Counted from the stretch's first letter, positions 1 through 13,127 are shown. The stretch: DNA of 64,000 bases from Azolla caroliniana (GCA_043228905.1 JBHGNT010000008.1:16802001-16866000), one strand, 5' to 3'. The notes: generated from the sequence alone by a model not told the origin. Translations and numbers: made by a program.

Positions 1-728
1 ACCCATCTGAGGGTGGTGTGTCCACTCCACCGAGACGGAGACAACAGAAGATGCCAGTCCGACAGAAGGATGTTTATTCCCTAACATAAGATTTAGATGA
101 CGTTGCACCGGATGTGGCCATAGTTCAAATTCAACATGGCAAGGGCATAAGGTTATGGATCCAAACACCAAATCAACACTTTTCTAAGTAGGGTTTATGT
201 GAAATATAAACTAGTATCCTATTAACTTACATGGGGTGTGATGTACCTACTCAAACTACATATTTCTATTCATTCAGGTACCAACTAACCTGCCAACGTA
301 TCGATTTAGCCCTTGACGTTACCGAGTCAGATCTTGAGACCATGTGCAAGTGTCATGAAATGGCATCGACGTAGACTATGACCTTATTCACGTTGTGGAT
401 GGAGTACTCGTTGCCACTCGAGGTGACAAAACGCTTCACCGTCGTCGACCCACTGTGGGTGCCGCTACATCAGCTGACGATCTTAGGAAGGTGGTTGAAT
501 GTGATTTTATGTTCATTCCGATCGTGCTTGATGGGCATTGGGTGTTGTGGACGAAGATGCGACAGAAAGTTTCTAAGCTAACTAGCAAAGTAGTCTTCTG
601 TGATCCATTGAACAATGCAGCGACTGACAACATGCGGAGAATGGCAGAGTTGGCGATTCGGAAAATTTCATCTGAACCGTCAGACCACACCCAACTCAAC
701 CAAATTGTTGGGATTGTGGCTTTTACGT

Positions 729-1478
729 TGTCATGAAGATTTCAGGCCACAATGAGAAATCGGAGAATATCGGAAGAATCGGCGAGGTGGAGCATGTGCA
801 CTCACCCTTGTACAAATCGTGTAAATGATAGGGGCGCCATCATGGCGCCGGACAATAGTTAATTCGGGACAGAGGATCCCATGTAATATGGGATTTATCC
901 CACATTGTTACGCATCCCTCTCCTTGTTCTATAAAAGGAAGGGAGCGCCCTTTGTGAAGGGGTTGCCCGTTTTGAGTTAGGAGGGTATACCGTTAGATTT
1001 AGGGTTAGTTAGTTTCTTTCTTCTTCTCCTTCATCTTCTTCTTCCTCGTCTAGAGGGTTGAGAATTCGTGTTTGTTTAGGGTTTGCTTTTGCTCGGTCTC
1101 CTGTGCAAGACCCCGCTCGGCGCGACGAGCCCGTGAGCTCCCCGATCGGCAGCTTGGCAACAGACTGCGGCTGTAACCTACCTTGGTCTAGCTCGAAGTC
1201 GGGGTTGTATTCATTCCCTTGTAATATACATACTCATATTGGTGTATATTGGTGTATTTGGTGGTGTCGGCAGCACAACTCCTTGTTTCCTGTGCATAAG
1301 ATTCGGTGTTGCGCACGCATGCTCTCTCTCTTCCTCTTTCTCTCTCTCTCTCTCTCTCTCTCGTGTTCGGTTGCCTCCGGGTCGTGTCCGAAGTCGGTTT
1401 TCTTGGCCTCTCGTTCTCCCTCGTCCGAGACCCCCATGGTCCCGCCCCTTCAACACGCACGCACGTTATTTCGCAAAA
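729..1478 (+). repeat. 5' LTR
   Basis: Starts with TG, has a TATA-like CTATAAAAGG near 930, and ~1023-1478 is repeated at ~3542-4002. Confidence 0.85.
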
Positions 1479-1482
1479 TATT

Positions 1483-1500
1483 TGGTGAACCCGACGTGAA
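1483..1500 (+). promoter_or_regulatory. Primer-binding site complementary to the tRNA-Trp 3' end
   Basis: TGGTGAACCCGACGTGAA follows the 5' LTR and matches the reverse complement of the plant tRNA-Trp(CCA) 3' end as recalled. Confidence 0.8.
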
Positions 1501-1517
1501 ACGGCGGCAACGGAGAA

Positions 1518-2350
1518 TGGAGTTGGAAGAAGACGACTTCGCGCAACTTTTTGTCGAAGCGTTGAGGGAGTTTGGATGAGCAACAGCAAGACAAGAGTCA
1601 GCGCAGCAAGCGATTGAACGAGTGGTCGAAAGAGTCAGTCGTTTTAACGGGGACAATGTCCCATTCTACTTGGAAGCCTACAACGCGGAAATGGAGGAGC
1701 GAGATGTAGATGAGGCGTTGAGGCTGGAGTTCTTCTGTCGAGTCATCGTCGTCCGTATGCACGCGGAAGTGGAGGGGCTCCGAGAAGCTAATAGTTCGTG
1801 GGAGGCCTTCGAAGAGGCGCTCCTGCAGGCATATGGAGGACGACGGAAGAGTTGGGGACGACGCGGCTTCGACTAGTGGGTGGCATCGGCGAAGACCTAC
1901 TGGGGCACAATGAAGGTGTTCCGAGAGTTCAAGTGACGGCTGGCTCGGCTCCCAGAGCGGGAACAAGGTTTGGTAGGGGTGGACAAAGTCTTGTTGTTCA
2001 TTAAGTCGATCGACCGAGCGGAATGGGAGGCCATCGGGATTGAGCTCGAAGACGAGGATGGAGCGAATAACCTTACGGAGGACTGGTCGAAGGTCGGAAG
2101 GGTATGCCAACGGTTGGATGACGAGCGGGCTGAGAAGGCTAGGAGGAAGGCGCACGACAGCGTGCCATCACAATGAGAAGAGGCCGAACGACAAAGAGAG
2201 TTGGCAAGGCTCAGCTTCGAGGCCAGGATTGCGGAGGCATACGCAACTCTCGAGGCAATGCTCGAGGAAGAGGAAAGATCGAGGTTGCGAGTCGACGCCG
2301 AGGAGATGAACTTCCCCACGAGATGGTAGAAGATCGGTACGACGGTGCCA
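1518..2350 (+). pseudogene. Degenerate retrotransposon gag
   Basis: MELEEDDFAQLFVEALREFG*...RFNGDNVPFYLEAYNAEM...SWEAFEEALLQAYG...KVLLFIKSID, with several in-frame stops. The 3' end is approximate. Confidence 0.7.
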
Positions 2351-3541
2351 CGAGAGAGGGTGCGGAATAAAACGCCCTCTCGACTTGCGGAGATAGAACG
2401 GCCGAGGACGAGACCGAGATACCGATCGCAGGATCAGAACGTTGGGACCAGCGGTTTCGGGCACGTTAGCCCGAAACTCCGGACATTGGAGAAGCAAGCC
2501 CAGGCGGGGCTTGCGCGATCAGAAAGAAGTTGACCACCGACCACGAGGAGCCAGTGGCTACGGACAAGGGTGTAAATAGGACGGGCGATTCTACGCATCT
2601 TCCCACACTTGCTCCCGAGACAATGGCAATCGGGCCCGAGTGCCTACGTGAGTCCCAAGAGGAGGAAGGCGGCGGCGTGAGACCAAGAATCGCCGGCGAG
2701 ACGATACGGGGAAGGAATGGACAAGAGCCCTCGGAACCGATTCCAAAGAACTCGGCATTTGGGCCCTTACGCCCACGTGAGACCAAGGAGAAGGATGACA
2801 ATATCGAGGAGTCTTGGCACGATGCCAGTAAAGATGGATGGGAGATGGCCCACGAGAAGGTCGACGAAGAGACCAAGAAACGACTTGACCGAGGACCGAA
2901 CCGTGCGGCGCTCTGATTCAGGTGGAGCGCGATCCGGTCGTGGATTGTTCGACCGGGGGCAGAATCGGCATGAAGGTGCCGATACGGGGGAGGGTGCAGA
3001 ACGAGCCACCCTCTTTTACATGGGGAGATAGACCGACCGAGCGAAGGTCGAGAATCAAAAGGAAGATGATCAAGGGTACGGAACGAGTCCAGCAGGATCA
3101 GCATCGGAGCCGAAACTCCGGACATTGGAGAATCAAGCCCAGGCTAGGCTTGATCGATCATAGAGCGAATGCTTTCCACCGATACCACTAAAAGGGTCGG
3201 TGGCCCCGAATGAGTCGTCGGGAGTCGTTACGAAATCGGTGTCCTCACAACTTTACCAGAGACTTCGGCAAGTCAGCCAGCGTGGCAACATGAGACCGAA
3301 AGACATGGAAGATGGAGGCGGGAGCACAACAAGGAGAGCGACAACTAGTTCGGAAGAATTGCAAGGGACAAAGCGAACAACAAAGACCGGTCCTATGGAT
3401 CACCTCACACCGGGCTAGAGACTTCGACGGTCGGCATCGGATCCGACGTAAGACCAAGATACTAACAGTGGCAGCAGGAGAACGGGACCCGGCAATCTAG
3501 GGAATGATGGACAGACCCGAACAAGAACCACGCAGAGCGGA

Positions 3542-4002
3542 CTTCTCCTTCATCTTCTTCTTCCTCGTCGTGAGGGTTGAGAGTTCGTGTTTGTTTAGGG
3601 TTTGCTTCTGCTCAGTCTCCTGTGCAAGACCCCACTCGGCGCGACGAGCCCGTGAGCTCCCCAATCGGCGGCTTGGCAGCAGACTGCGGCTGTAACCTAC
3701 CTTGGTCCGGCTTGAAGCTGGGGTTGTATTCTTTCCCTTGTAATATACATACTCATATCTGTTTGTACATATTGGTGTATTTGGTGGTGTCGGGAGCACA
3801 ACCCCTTGTTTCATGTGCATAAGAGTCGGTGTTGCACGCGCATGCTCTCTCTCTCTCTCTTCCTCTTCCTCTATCTCTCTCTCTCTCTCTCAGGTTGCCT
3901 CCAGGTCGTGTCTAGAGTCGGTTTTCTTGGCATCTCGTTCTCCCTCGTCCGAGACCCTTGTGGTCCCGCCCCTTCTACACGCACGCATGTAACTTCGTGA
4001 CA
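3542..4002 (+). repeat. 3' LTR (5'-truncated)
   Basis: Direct repeat of 1023-1478 ending in CA. The first ~295 bp of the LTR and the PPT are missing. Confidence 0.85.
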
Positions 4003-4479
4003 ACGTGATGAAGATTATCCAAATGCTTATGGGGGAGTTCTTACAAGGATGGATATCTTCGACTTTTGTAAGTGTAATTGCAATGCCTTATTCATGTGGA
4101 TTGTGTATAGATGTGTTCTTATACATATTTGGCGATAGGGCACATATATGTGGTTCACCAAACGCGAAGTGGATTCACTTCGGATTCATGTGGACGAGTG
4201 GGCACGAAGGGTACTAGGATTTGCACCTGTGACTGGTGGCTCGATATTGTAAATTTTGTGAATGTTGTTTTCAGCACAGATTTTGCTATAGAGCTGATGT
4301 TGTAACTATATTTTGGAATCCACACAAATTTTGTATAGCGAGAATCGATTCATTGTATATCGTGATAATCCAGGTCGCCCAACCTATTACCTAAACGGCC
4401 AAAAAAACAGTCATATTAACATGTAAATTAATCACATTTTAAGTCACATTAAACCCTTCGTCGTCATTTTAATCAGAGC

Positions 4480-4690
4480 TAATTCCATCTCCAATTAATT
4501 ACCTTTTAAGATCAGATTCAATTAATCACATTCTCTATCTTAATTAGGTTCAATTAATCAGATTCTCTATCTTAATTAGGTTCAATTAATTACATTCTCT
4601 AGCTTAATCAGATTCTTATAATCATCGTCTCTATCTTAATCATAATCTTTGTCTTAATCAAATTCACTTAATCACATTCTCTAGCTTATG
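4480..4690. repeat. AT-rich short tandem repeats (AATTAATCACATTCTCTATCTTAAT-like)
   Basis: Several imperfect copies visible directly. Confidence 0.7.
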
Positions 4691-6305
4691 CCCTCCGAGA
4701 TCTTGGGAAGGTTGCTCATGTCCAACCCTACTTGCCTGGTGAATATGGATCTCCCACAAGGCAACCGTTCATCTTGGTACTCCAAGATGAATGGATGTTA
4801 GAGATGTGTGAGTGATTGTCAATAAACAACTCTTGGGCAATCGACTCCACATTTAAAACAAACCAATTTGGCTTGCCATTATATGCAGATGTGGCCCCAA
4901 ATGCCATGGGAGTTGGTATCCCATTATGGTACATGATATGTAGTTCTAATAAGGGGTCTAACCATGAGCAAGTAGCTTTAGAAACTTGCTTGAGAGTCAT
5001 ATTCGCACGGATGCCCAATGTGAGGCCAAAGGCCATAGTCATCGATAAAAGTTGGACATCATATAATGCCATAAGTAATGTGGTTGCAATAGACCAATTA
5101 TCTTGGATAGTACAAATGGGCAAAGGTCGCAAACACATTGTCGACTTTTGTTGTGGGGAGTTAAAGGTAGAATATGTTACAAACCAGGTGTTTGGCAATA
5201 TATAGAAGGAGGATGGTGTGGTTTGATATGTGTGTGGAGGAAACTGTGGCCCAAATTTGGTAGAATGTTCAACTACGGACATGTTGACACTACCAAACTT
5301 GTGGAGAAACATTGGTAGTTTATCAAATATACTGCCTTAAGAGGGAGGATAAACCGATCAATTACCGATCTTGTGCATGTTTTAATCGGGGACAATCAAA
5401 TTGGCACTTGCATCGGGGGTACTAGTATTGAATGGTACAAGCAACGACAAGAAATATGTGAGAGTGGTAGATTTGCACCATGTGCAAATTGTAGGGATCA
5501 AACAACAAGACTTAAAGAGGCCGAAAGGCTACTAGAGAGGTATGAAACTAATGATGCGACAATGCATATTGTGGACGAGCCCCGATATTGGTTTAAAATA
5601 TTGAGCTTGACAAAATCGAATGTATGGTATAATGTATCGCTCCAATGTTCATATTGTGATTGCCAAGACCGTACGAGTAAATGTAAGCATATACTCGGCA
5701 TCAGGATGATTATTGAGAGGCACATGCCACATCTATGTGGGTCGTTGCCTTTTATAGATCATGCAACCCATATGCACAATGACCATTTCACAGAGACGAA
5801 AATGGAGACAGAGGTAGAACCAGTCGAGGAGACAAACCCTATAACATCACAAATGGAGGAATGGGAGTCGAAAATACAAACGGATGAGGGGGCTATTCAA
5901 TGTCTTAGGCAAGGGTTACGATCCCTCGACCGTGCAACAATTTTGGCATGTACGGAGTCCATTGAAGAAATAGGTCAGACGTTGGTGTATCACCTAGGTG
6001 CACCGAAACCAACCAATGAAGAAGACCGTGGATCTAGAGGGCATAAGCAAGCAATTGGTGCAAAAAGGGGAGCATCAATCAACATTTCACAAGATCTTAT
6101 TGGCAGCTCCCCAAACACTTCCAAGGCACACACAGGAAAAATGCAAAGAAGCACAAGTCGAGCTAGGAGGCAGTTGCCAATATGTGCGACAGAGAAGATG
6201 CAATGCTTGCATTGCAATGCCTTGACCTTTAGATCAAGGAACTCAAATGTTGATTGTTGCAAGAATTGTGGTTGCATCTTGCCATCATCTCCGGATGAGC
6301 CATAA
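4685..6305 (+). pseudogene. Mutator-like (MULE) DDE transposase with SWIM zinc finger, disrupted
   Basis: PFILVLQDEWM..., WAIDSTFKTN (D1), AIVIDKS (D2), DTTKLVEKHW (E), SWIM motif CDCQDRTSKCKH and a C-terminal CxxC..CxxC. Contains stops and frameshifts. Confidence 0.85.
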
Positions 6306-6679
6306 ACATAGCTTGAGTGGTTTTGCGGACCGGTGCATTTGGGTTTACAATGTTTCAAGTGGATTTATGTTGATTTATGAGTGCATTTGGGAGTATGTCA
6401 TATGTTGATTTATGTTTTAAGTTTCCTATTTCAAGTATGTCATCCTTTGATTTGGGTTTACGGTGTTTAAAGTGGATTTACGTTCTCTGTTTTAAGTTTT
6501 ATGTTTTTTAACTTTTAACTTTTATGTTTTATATGATTATTTTTGTTTTAACATAAGTATGGTAAAGATCATCGATTTTGAATAATTTAAGGTTGGATTT
6601 TGTGACTGTTTGATATGTTATTGTAAGTTTTAAGGGTAATGAACAAGCTTATTTGAAGATTTTGGTCAAAATGATACAT

Positions 6680-6934
6680 TTGGTTGGGCAACCTGCAAAT
6701 GTCAAGGTTGGGTGACCTAAAACAGTTGGGCGACCAATTGTGGTTGGGTAACCAACGACTTAGAGTTGGGCGACCTCTGACAGGGTTGGGTAACCATCGA
6801 CACAGAGTTGGGCGACCTCTGACAACTTTTTTTTTCGCGCGTTCTTCCTTATCGAAATCTGACGGTGCAAATCGCACGCGCCTTCCTCTAAGCGACCTGC
6901 ACCGTCTGTGGCCGCGTTTCCCTTGCCAGCCCTC
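6680..6934. mobile_element. Probable right subterminal/terminal region of the MULE
   Basis: Repeated GGTTGGGCGACC / GGTTGGGTAACC motifs, ending near ...CCCTC. One inverted copy (CAGGTCGCCCAACC) lies at ~4371. No matching left end or TSD found. Confidence 0.45.
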
Positions 6935-8728
6935 TTTATGATTTGATGCAGCATAGACACGAGCACATACAATACATACATACATAATACATATACATAC
7001 AATACATTACATTACAATACAATATCATACGATACAATACGGTAAAATACATACAATACAATGCATACATATACTATTATACACCACATCCCCCTTACCT
7101 TCCTTCTTGTCTTAGCTTTCCGTCATTTCCATGACATCGACCCCTGAGTTATGAGGTTGATGATATTTGGAGTATCCTCAAGAAAGGCCCTGAATGGGGC
7201 AACCAAGATCCAAAACAAGCCTTGAGAGCTTGACGGAAAACCAATAACAAAGTGGAGGGGGGTGTGTACATAGTATATATGGTTGAATCAAATAGCATGG
7301 TTGATGAAGGGCATTTGAGAATATAAAGAAATAAGCAAGGGGTATTCTGTATTTTCCACCCCTGCTTTCTTTTGTTGGTGGGAAACCATCCTCTATGTGC
7401 ATTGTGGAAATTACCAATGGTAGAAACGGACATATATATGCTTCTTTATATCTTTCTATACATTAAAGTACTCAGAAATCCCAACAATGTTTGACACATC
7501 ATGATGCCATGCCTCACAAGCATCGAATGCCGTGAAATAGAAGGACCATTTGGGAGCGTTGACCTAGAAATACGCATGTTCTAATATTTTGTTGATGTTC
7601 GTGAACAATTGAGAAATTGACCAATCAAGATGAGCAATGCAATAAAACAGGAATGAGAAAAACGCAAATTGAAAGTATAAGAAGAGCAAGCGTGGATGGG
7701 ATGCATTTCATGGAAAAATGTTCAATCCCAATGATAACAATCATTATGTTATTATTGTTTATAAAGCTTATTAACAACTTGGTTATGAATAAAACATAGG
7801 TAAAAGCAAAGTAATGAATAGAGGAGATTATATACTTGAGAATATAATAATGTGGAAATGATGATCAATTGGATCAATAAGCTCAATAATAATTATCTAA
7901 TGGGCTTAGTGTGTCTAAGCTTATTGAATTGATAGATATCTTTTGGATGGACTTTACAAGAGTGTTACTACATTGTTCAAATGGCCAAAGCTTGATAACT
8001 CTTTTTTTTTCCCCCAAGAATCTCTTGCCAATGCAAGACAATCATTGCCAAATTTATTTTCATTGTGAGTCGATCGATCAATGCAAGTTCCACATTACAA
8101 ATGATTGCATTTTGTTTAGCCTTTGAATATGGAGCTAGCTACTCCATATATCTCTTAAGACCTTCAATGAGATGTCCATACTGCTTATAGTGTTGCATTC
8201 ATTTGAACAATTAAAGTACATGTCTTTTTATTGAAGTATATAGCATCATTCATGACATAGCAAAAAGGGCTTCATGCAGCATGAAGACATGGTCCGATTC
8301 AAGGTCCTCACACAACTATGTGCCATACATAACACTTTAGCATTGTTCTAACTCATAAAAAATCATGATCTTTCTATTATCCTATTCTGTAATGACCAAA
8401 ACAATCGCAGAGATCACATTATCAAAATCCTTACAACACAGTTTGAACGGAACACGCCATCCATATAAAACATTCTCCAAAGTCATTGAGTTTGCTGTAA
8501 TGTTATAAATGAGAACAAAGATGACATAGGCTAGCAAGTGCATCAAGAAAAGATGTTTTTGTATGCCTGCAATACGGCTGAGCTGGAGACCTTTCTCGAG
8601 TTTAAATACCACCAATATAGCTGAATCTCATCACCCATGTCCATCTTGCCCTCCACAGATAAATTTACAGTCATAGATGCTCTATGCTGATATTTAATCT
8701 GTATTTACATTAGAAAAGCTCATTTCTC

Positions 8729-10380
8729 TCATCCTTCTACTGATTGCCCATCAGCTTCTGCAAGCTCTTGTCGCCGTTTCTCTTCCTCTTCTGCATTAAT
8801 TTGATCATAGCAGGAAATCTTTTAAGTTCCAGAAAAGGATTATAATACTTGTATTAAGATTGTCACACTTCAACTACAAATAATTAAAGAAAATATCATA
8901 CCGCCAATACTCAGAAATACCTAGAATTGTCTTTACTTCCTGAAATGCCCATTTAGTTCCCATTTTCCCCCCCCAAATGCCATTTCAATCCCAAAGGAGT
9001 AATTACACACATACTTCTGCAATCATGTAGTCAATTCAACCTTTTTTTATTATATATGTGCCATTTGAGAAATTATATGACCAGTTCACCCACTTTTTCT
9101 CTCTTCCCAAGGCACGCCAGGGACATTTCGAGAATGGATGAAAACTTAGGGGTATTTGGGGGAATGAAAGAAAATTTCGGGATATTTTGGCGTTTCCCTT
9201 TAACATGAACCCTGCCTCCAACTTGCAATTCAAAACGTGGAAAGCGAGAAACATACGCATAAGATCAATGAGCGCCCTTTGTGTACGCCTCTCAAGCTTC
9301 TCCAGTTTCTTTGTTATATCCCTTCGCAGATCCCAGTTAGCTTTCTTTGGTGCAATGCTCACAAAAGGATCCTACAAAAAGGACAAAGTTTTAGATGGTT
9401 ACTGAGGGGAATAATACAGTATCTTACAAAAAACAATACATGACTTCATTCCACTATTTCAATACTATCAATAAAAATTAATCTTAAAGTTTGTGTTTCA
9501 TGCTTCTACAACTCAACTCACTACCTCTAATTCAAAATATAGCCAACACAGTCGTTGCATAATAATAAGAATACACAGTTAGCTTAATAAATTCCACTAT
9601 TAAATGACTGATCGAAGCATAACTTAAAAGCTTGTATTAGATCCTTTGCATAAGTCAGTACCTCTGTGCCATTCGATATAGGTGCTGCAGCTACAGGGTC
9701 ATCAAACTTTGGTATGGATGGAGGAATTACTTTATTCGGTTGCAATTCCTTATTGCGCGGGATATAATTCCGGAATCTCACTCCTTCCCTGATACAATAT
9801 ACCAAACAATTTGTCAAAAGAAACAGGATAGATATGCTGTGCCAGTTTTAAATGTCACAAAAAAATACATTTACACATAAATCTCTTTCAAAAGCCATTA
9901 AGACAACACAACATCATCCTAATTGTCATTATCAATGTAAGGCAATTAAGACAACAACAACATCATAGAAACAAGGAGCATTAATCATTGAAACAAAGGA
10001 ATAATGAAAATAATCTGTCTATATGATCTTATTTCCATCTAACTAGAAAAATATTCTCCTTCGAGATCCTTCAAAACAACAACACCATCATAAGAAAAGG
10101 AAAAAAACAGCGGGAAGAATCTTTTTACGAGACTTCAGACTATTCAGCACGAAAGTTTCTCTTTCAGTATGTATAGACGGGAAAAAGGAACGAACGAAGA
10201 AACAGCTTACTGTGAATGGTCTTCTTCTTCTTCATCATCATCATCTTCTTTTCCTGCGTGTCTTTCTTCTTGCTGTTCTTCACCTTCAGCCTTGTTTTCC
10301 ACGAGTTCCACGGCAGCGCGCAGAGCTCGAAGCCTCTCTCGTCTCTGAACCGCTGCGCTCTCGAGATCCTCCTCCGCCAT
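8729..10380 (-). CDS. CCDC12: cwf18 / coiled-coil domain-containing protein 12 (spliceosome-associated), 157 aa
   Basis: Exons 10380-10211, 9788-9662, 9371-9257, 8790-8729, all GT-AG and in frame. Motifs RRERLRALR, FRNYIPRNKEL and IAPKKANWDLRRDITKKLEKLERRTQRA are diagnostic of cwf18. Confidence 0.92.
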
Positions 10381-10436
10381 AGCCACCAACAAAGCACACT
10401 CACGCAGACACACAAAACACAGAAACAGAGAAACAG

Positions 10437-12300
10437 AGCATTTTCTCATACTTATATATATTTACCAAAATACCCCTCTCTCTCTCTCTCTCTATATATA
10501 TCAAGCATTTTCTCATACTTATATATATTTACCAAAATTCCCCTCGCTCTCTCTCTCTCTATATATATCAAGCATTTTCTCATACTTATATATATTTACC
10601 AAAATACCCCTCTCTCTCTCTCTCTCTCTATATCAAGCATTTTCTCATACTTATATATATTTACCAAAATACCCCTCTCTCTCTCTATCAAGCATTTTCT
10701 CATACTTATATATATTTACCCCCCTCTCTCTCTCTCTATCAAGCATTTTCTCATACTTATATATATTTACCAAATTACCCCTCTCTTTCTCTCTATCAAG
10801 CATTTTCTCATACTTATATATATTTACCAAAATACCCCTCTCTCTCTCTATCAAGCATTTTCTCATACTTATATATATTTACCAAATTACCCCTCTCTCT
10901 CTCTCTATCAAGCATTTTCTCATGCTTATATATATTTACCAAATTACCCCTCTCTCTCTCTATCAAGCATTTTCTCATACTTATATATATTTACCAAATT
11001 ACCCCTCTCTCTCTCTATATATCAAGCATTTTCTCATACTTATATATATTTACCAAAATACCCCTCTCTCTCTCTCTATCAAGCATTTTCTCATACTTAT
11101 ATATATTTACCAAATTACCCCTCTCTCTCTCTCTATCAAGCATTTTCTCATACTTATATATATTTACCAAATTACCCCTCTCTCTCTCTCTCAAGCATTT
11201 TCTCATGCTTATATATATATGTATTTACCAAAATACCCCCCCCCCCCCCCTCTCTCTATCAAGCATTTTCTCATGCTTATATATATATGTATTTACCAAA
11301 ATACCCCCCTCTCTCTCTCTCAAGCATTTTCTCATACTTATATATATTTACCAAATTACCCCTCTCTCTCTCTCTATCAAGCATTTTCTCATGCTTATAT
11401 ATATTTACCAAATTACCCCTCTCTCTCTCTATCAAGCATTTTCTCATACTTATATATATTTACCAAATTACCCCTCTCTCTCTCTATATATCAAGCATTT
11501 TCTCATACTTATATATATTTACCAAAATACCCCTCTCTCTCTCTCTATCAAGCATTTTCTCATACTTATATATATTTACCAAATTACCCCTCTCTCTCTC
11601 TCTATCAAGCATTTTCTCATACTTATATATATTTACCAAATTACCCCTCTCTCTCTCTCTCAAGCATTTTCTCATGCTTATATATATATGTATTTACCAA
11701 AATACCCCCCCCCCCCTCTCTCTATCAAGCATTTTCTCATGCTTATATATATATGTATTTACCAAAATACCCCCCTCTCTCTCTCTCAAGCATTTTCTCA
11801 TACTTATATATATTTACCAAATTACCCCTCTCTCTCTCTCTCTCAAGCATTTTCTCATGCTTATATATATATGTATTTACCAGAATACCCCCCCCCCTCT
11901 CTCTATCAAGCATTTTCTCATGCTTATATATATGTATTTACCAAAATACCCCCCTCTCTCTCTCTCAAGCATTTTCTCATACTTATATATATTTACCAAA
12001 TTACCCCCCTCTCTCTCTCTCAAGCATTTTCTCATACTTATATATATTTACCAAATTACCCCCCCCCCTCTCTCTCTCAAGCATTTTCTCATACTTATAT
12101 TTATATTTACCAAAATACCCCTCTCTCTTAAGCATTTTCTCATACTTATATATATTTACGAGAATACCCCTCTCTCTCAAACATTTTCTCATATTTTGTA
12201 TATATTTACGAAAATACCCCTCTCTCTCAAACATTTTCTCATATTTTGTATATATTTACCAAAATAACCCTATCTCTCAAACAAAAAAACAAAGCATTTT
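10437..12300. repeat. Tandem array (~55-60 bp unit, roughly 30+ copies) immediately upstream of cwf18
   Basis: Unit AAGCATTTTCTCATACTTATATATATTTACCAAA(A/T)TACCCC(TC)nTATC. A 469-bp higher-order duplication is shown by identical ORFs at 11015-11206 and 11484-11675. Confidence 0.97.
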
Positions 12301-13122
12301 TGTCATATTTATATATATTTGCCAAAATACCACCCTCCCTTTTGTTTTCCCAAAAACGCCTCTCTTTTGTTCTCTCACAAATGAGCTTTCTTTCACACCC
12401 TTGGTTGGCGTCCAATCAAATGTTCTCCTCATCCACAGACCTCCCTATTTTGCTGCCATGGCCTCCAAATGCAATTCTATGTTCACCTTGTCTTGCTTGA
12501 TCCCTTTCCTAACCTCGAGACCTCAAGACTATGAGTACAAAGGACATTGATCGCCCTCTTTTTGCGTTAAATGGGCTGACAATCAGGGGTGAGAAGATGC
12601 GCCCATTTGAACTACTACCACAATCCTTTGTACCTAGCAACCTAGTTCCATTTGGCTATAAGGTTTATTGTAACCATATCATGTGCATATGTGTTGCTCA
12701 AGTAGTGTCACAACATTCCATCTCTTAGACCATGGTGGAGATCAACCCGGTTTTAAGGAGCATCATTGAGTGGGGTGTGGCCACCTTGACCCCAAGGTAG
12801 TATTATAGAAACATATCTGGTACCTTCTCAATAGCATTCCATTCCTCATAACTCTACCCCATATAACATGACTAGAAGGATACTTCTCAATGTTGTTCAA
12901 TCTAAATGGGTACTTCTTCATAACTCTACCCCATATATGCATAGCTTGGAATTCTAACACATTGAACTTTATGATCTTTGTAAGATAGGGAGAAAAGGAG
13001 ATAATTTGACATTAGTCACTTCATAAGGTTGTCCAACAAAGATCTTGAAGGTCATACAATCTTCCCTTACTTGAATTTCTCTTCCTATTTCTATATCTTA
13101 ATCATTTTCTATGGTTTCTTTC

Positions 13123-13127
<5 letters not shown>

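Larger units (their letters stand above)
729..4002 (+). mobile_element. Non-autonomous (gag-only, internally deleted) Ty3/gypsy-like LTR retrotransposon
   Basis: Termini TGTCATGAAG...CTTCGTGACA. 4-bp TSD ACGT (725-728, 4003-4006). 5' LTR ~729-1478 and truncated 3' LTR ~3542-4002. PBS at 1483-1500. Degenerate gag from 1518. No RT or integrase motifs seen. Confidence 0.88.
279..4110 (+). pseudogene. Ulp1/SUMO protease (peptidase C48) fragment, probably MULE-borne, interrupted by an LTR element
   Basis: FIPIVLDGHWVL (His) and VFCDPL (Asp) lie in ORF 395-736. After a frameshift, QPNCWDCGFY (697-726) continues as VMKIIQML at 4007 onward once insertion 729-4002 and one TSD copy are removed. Outer boundaries are approximate. 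Confidence 0.8.

Noticed and set aside
1058-3822. Many overlapping GC-rich ORFs on both strands
   Set aside because: Shadow ORFs of LTR and decayed gag sequence with no recognisable domains.
10216-12550. Long ORFs of 683, 542 and 308 aa
   Set aside because: Artefacts of a stop-free tandem repeat open in all three plus frames. One overlaps cwf18 exon 1 antisense.
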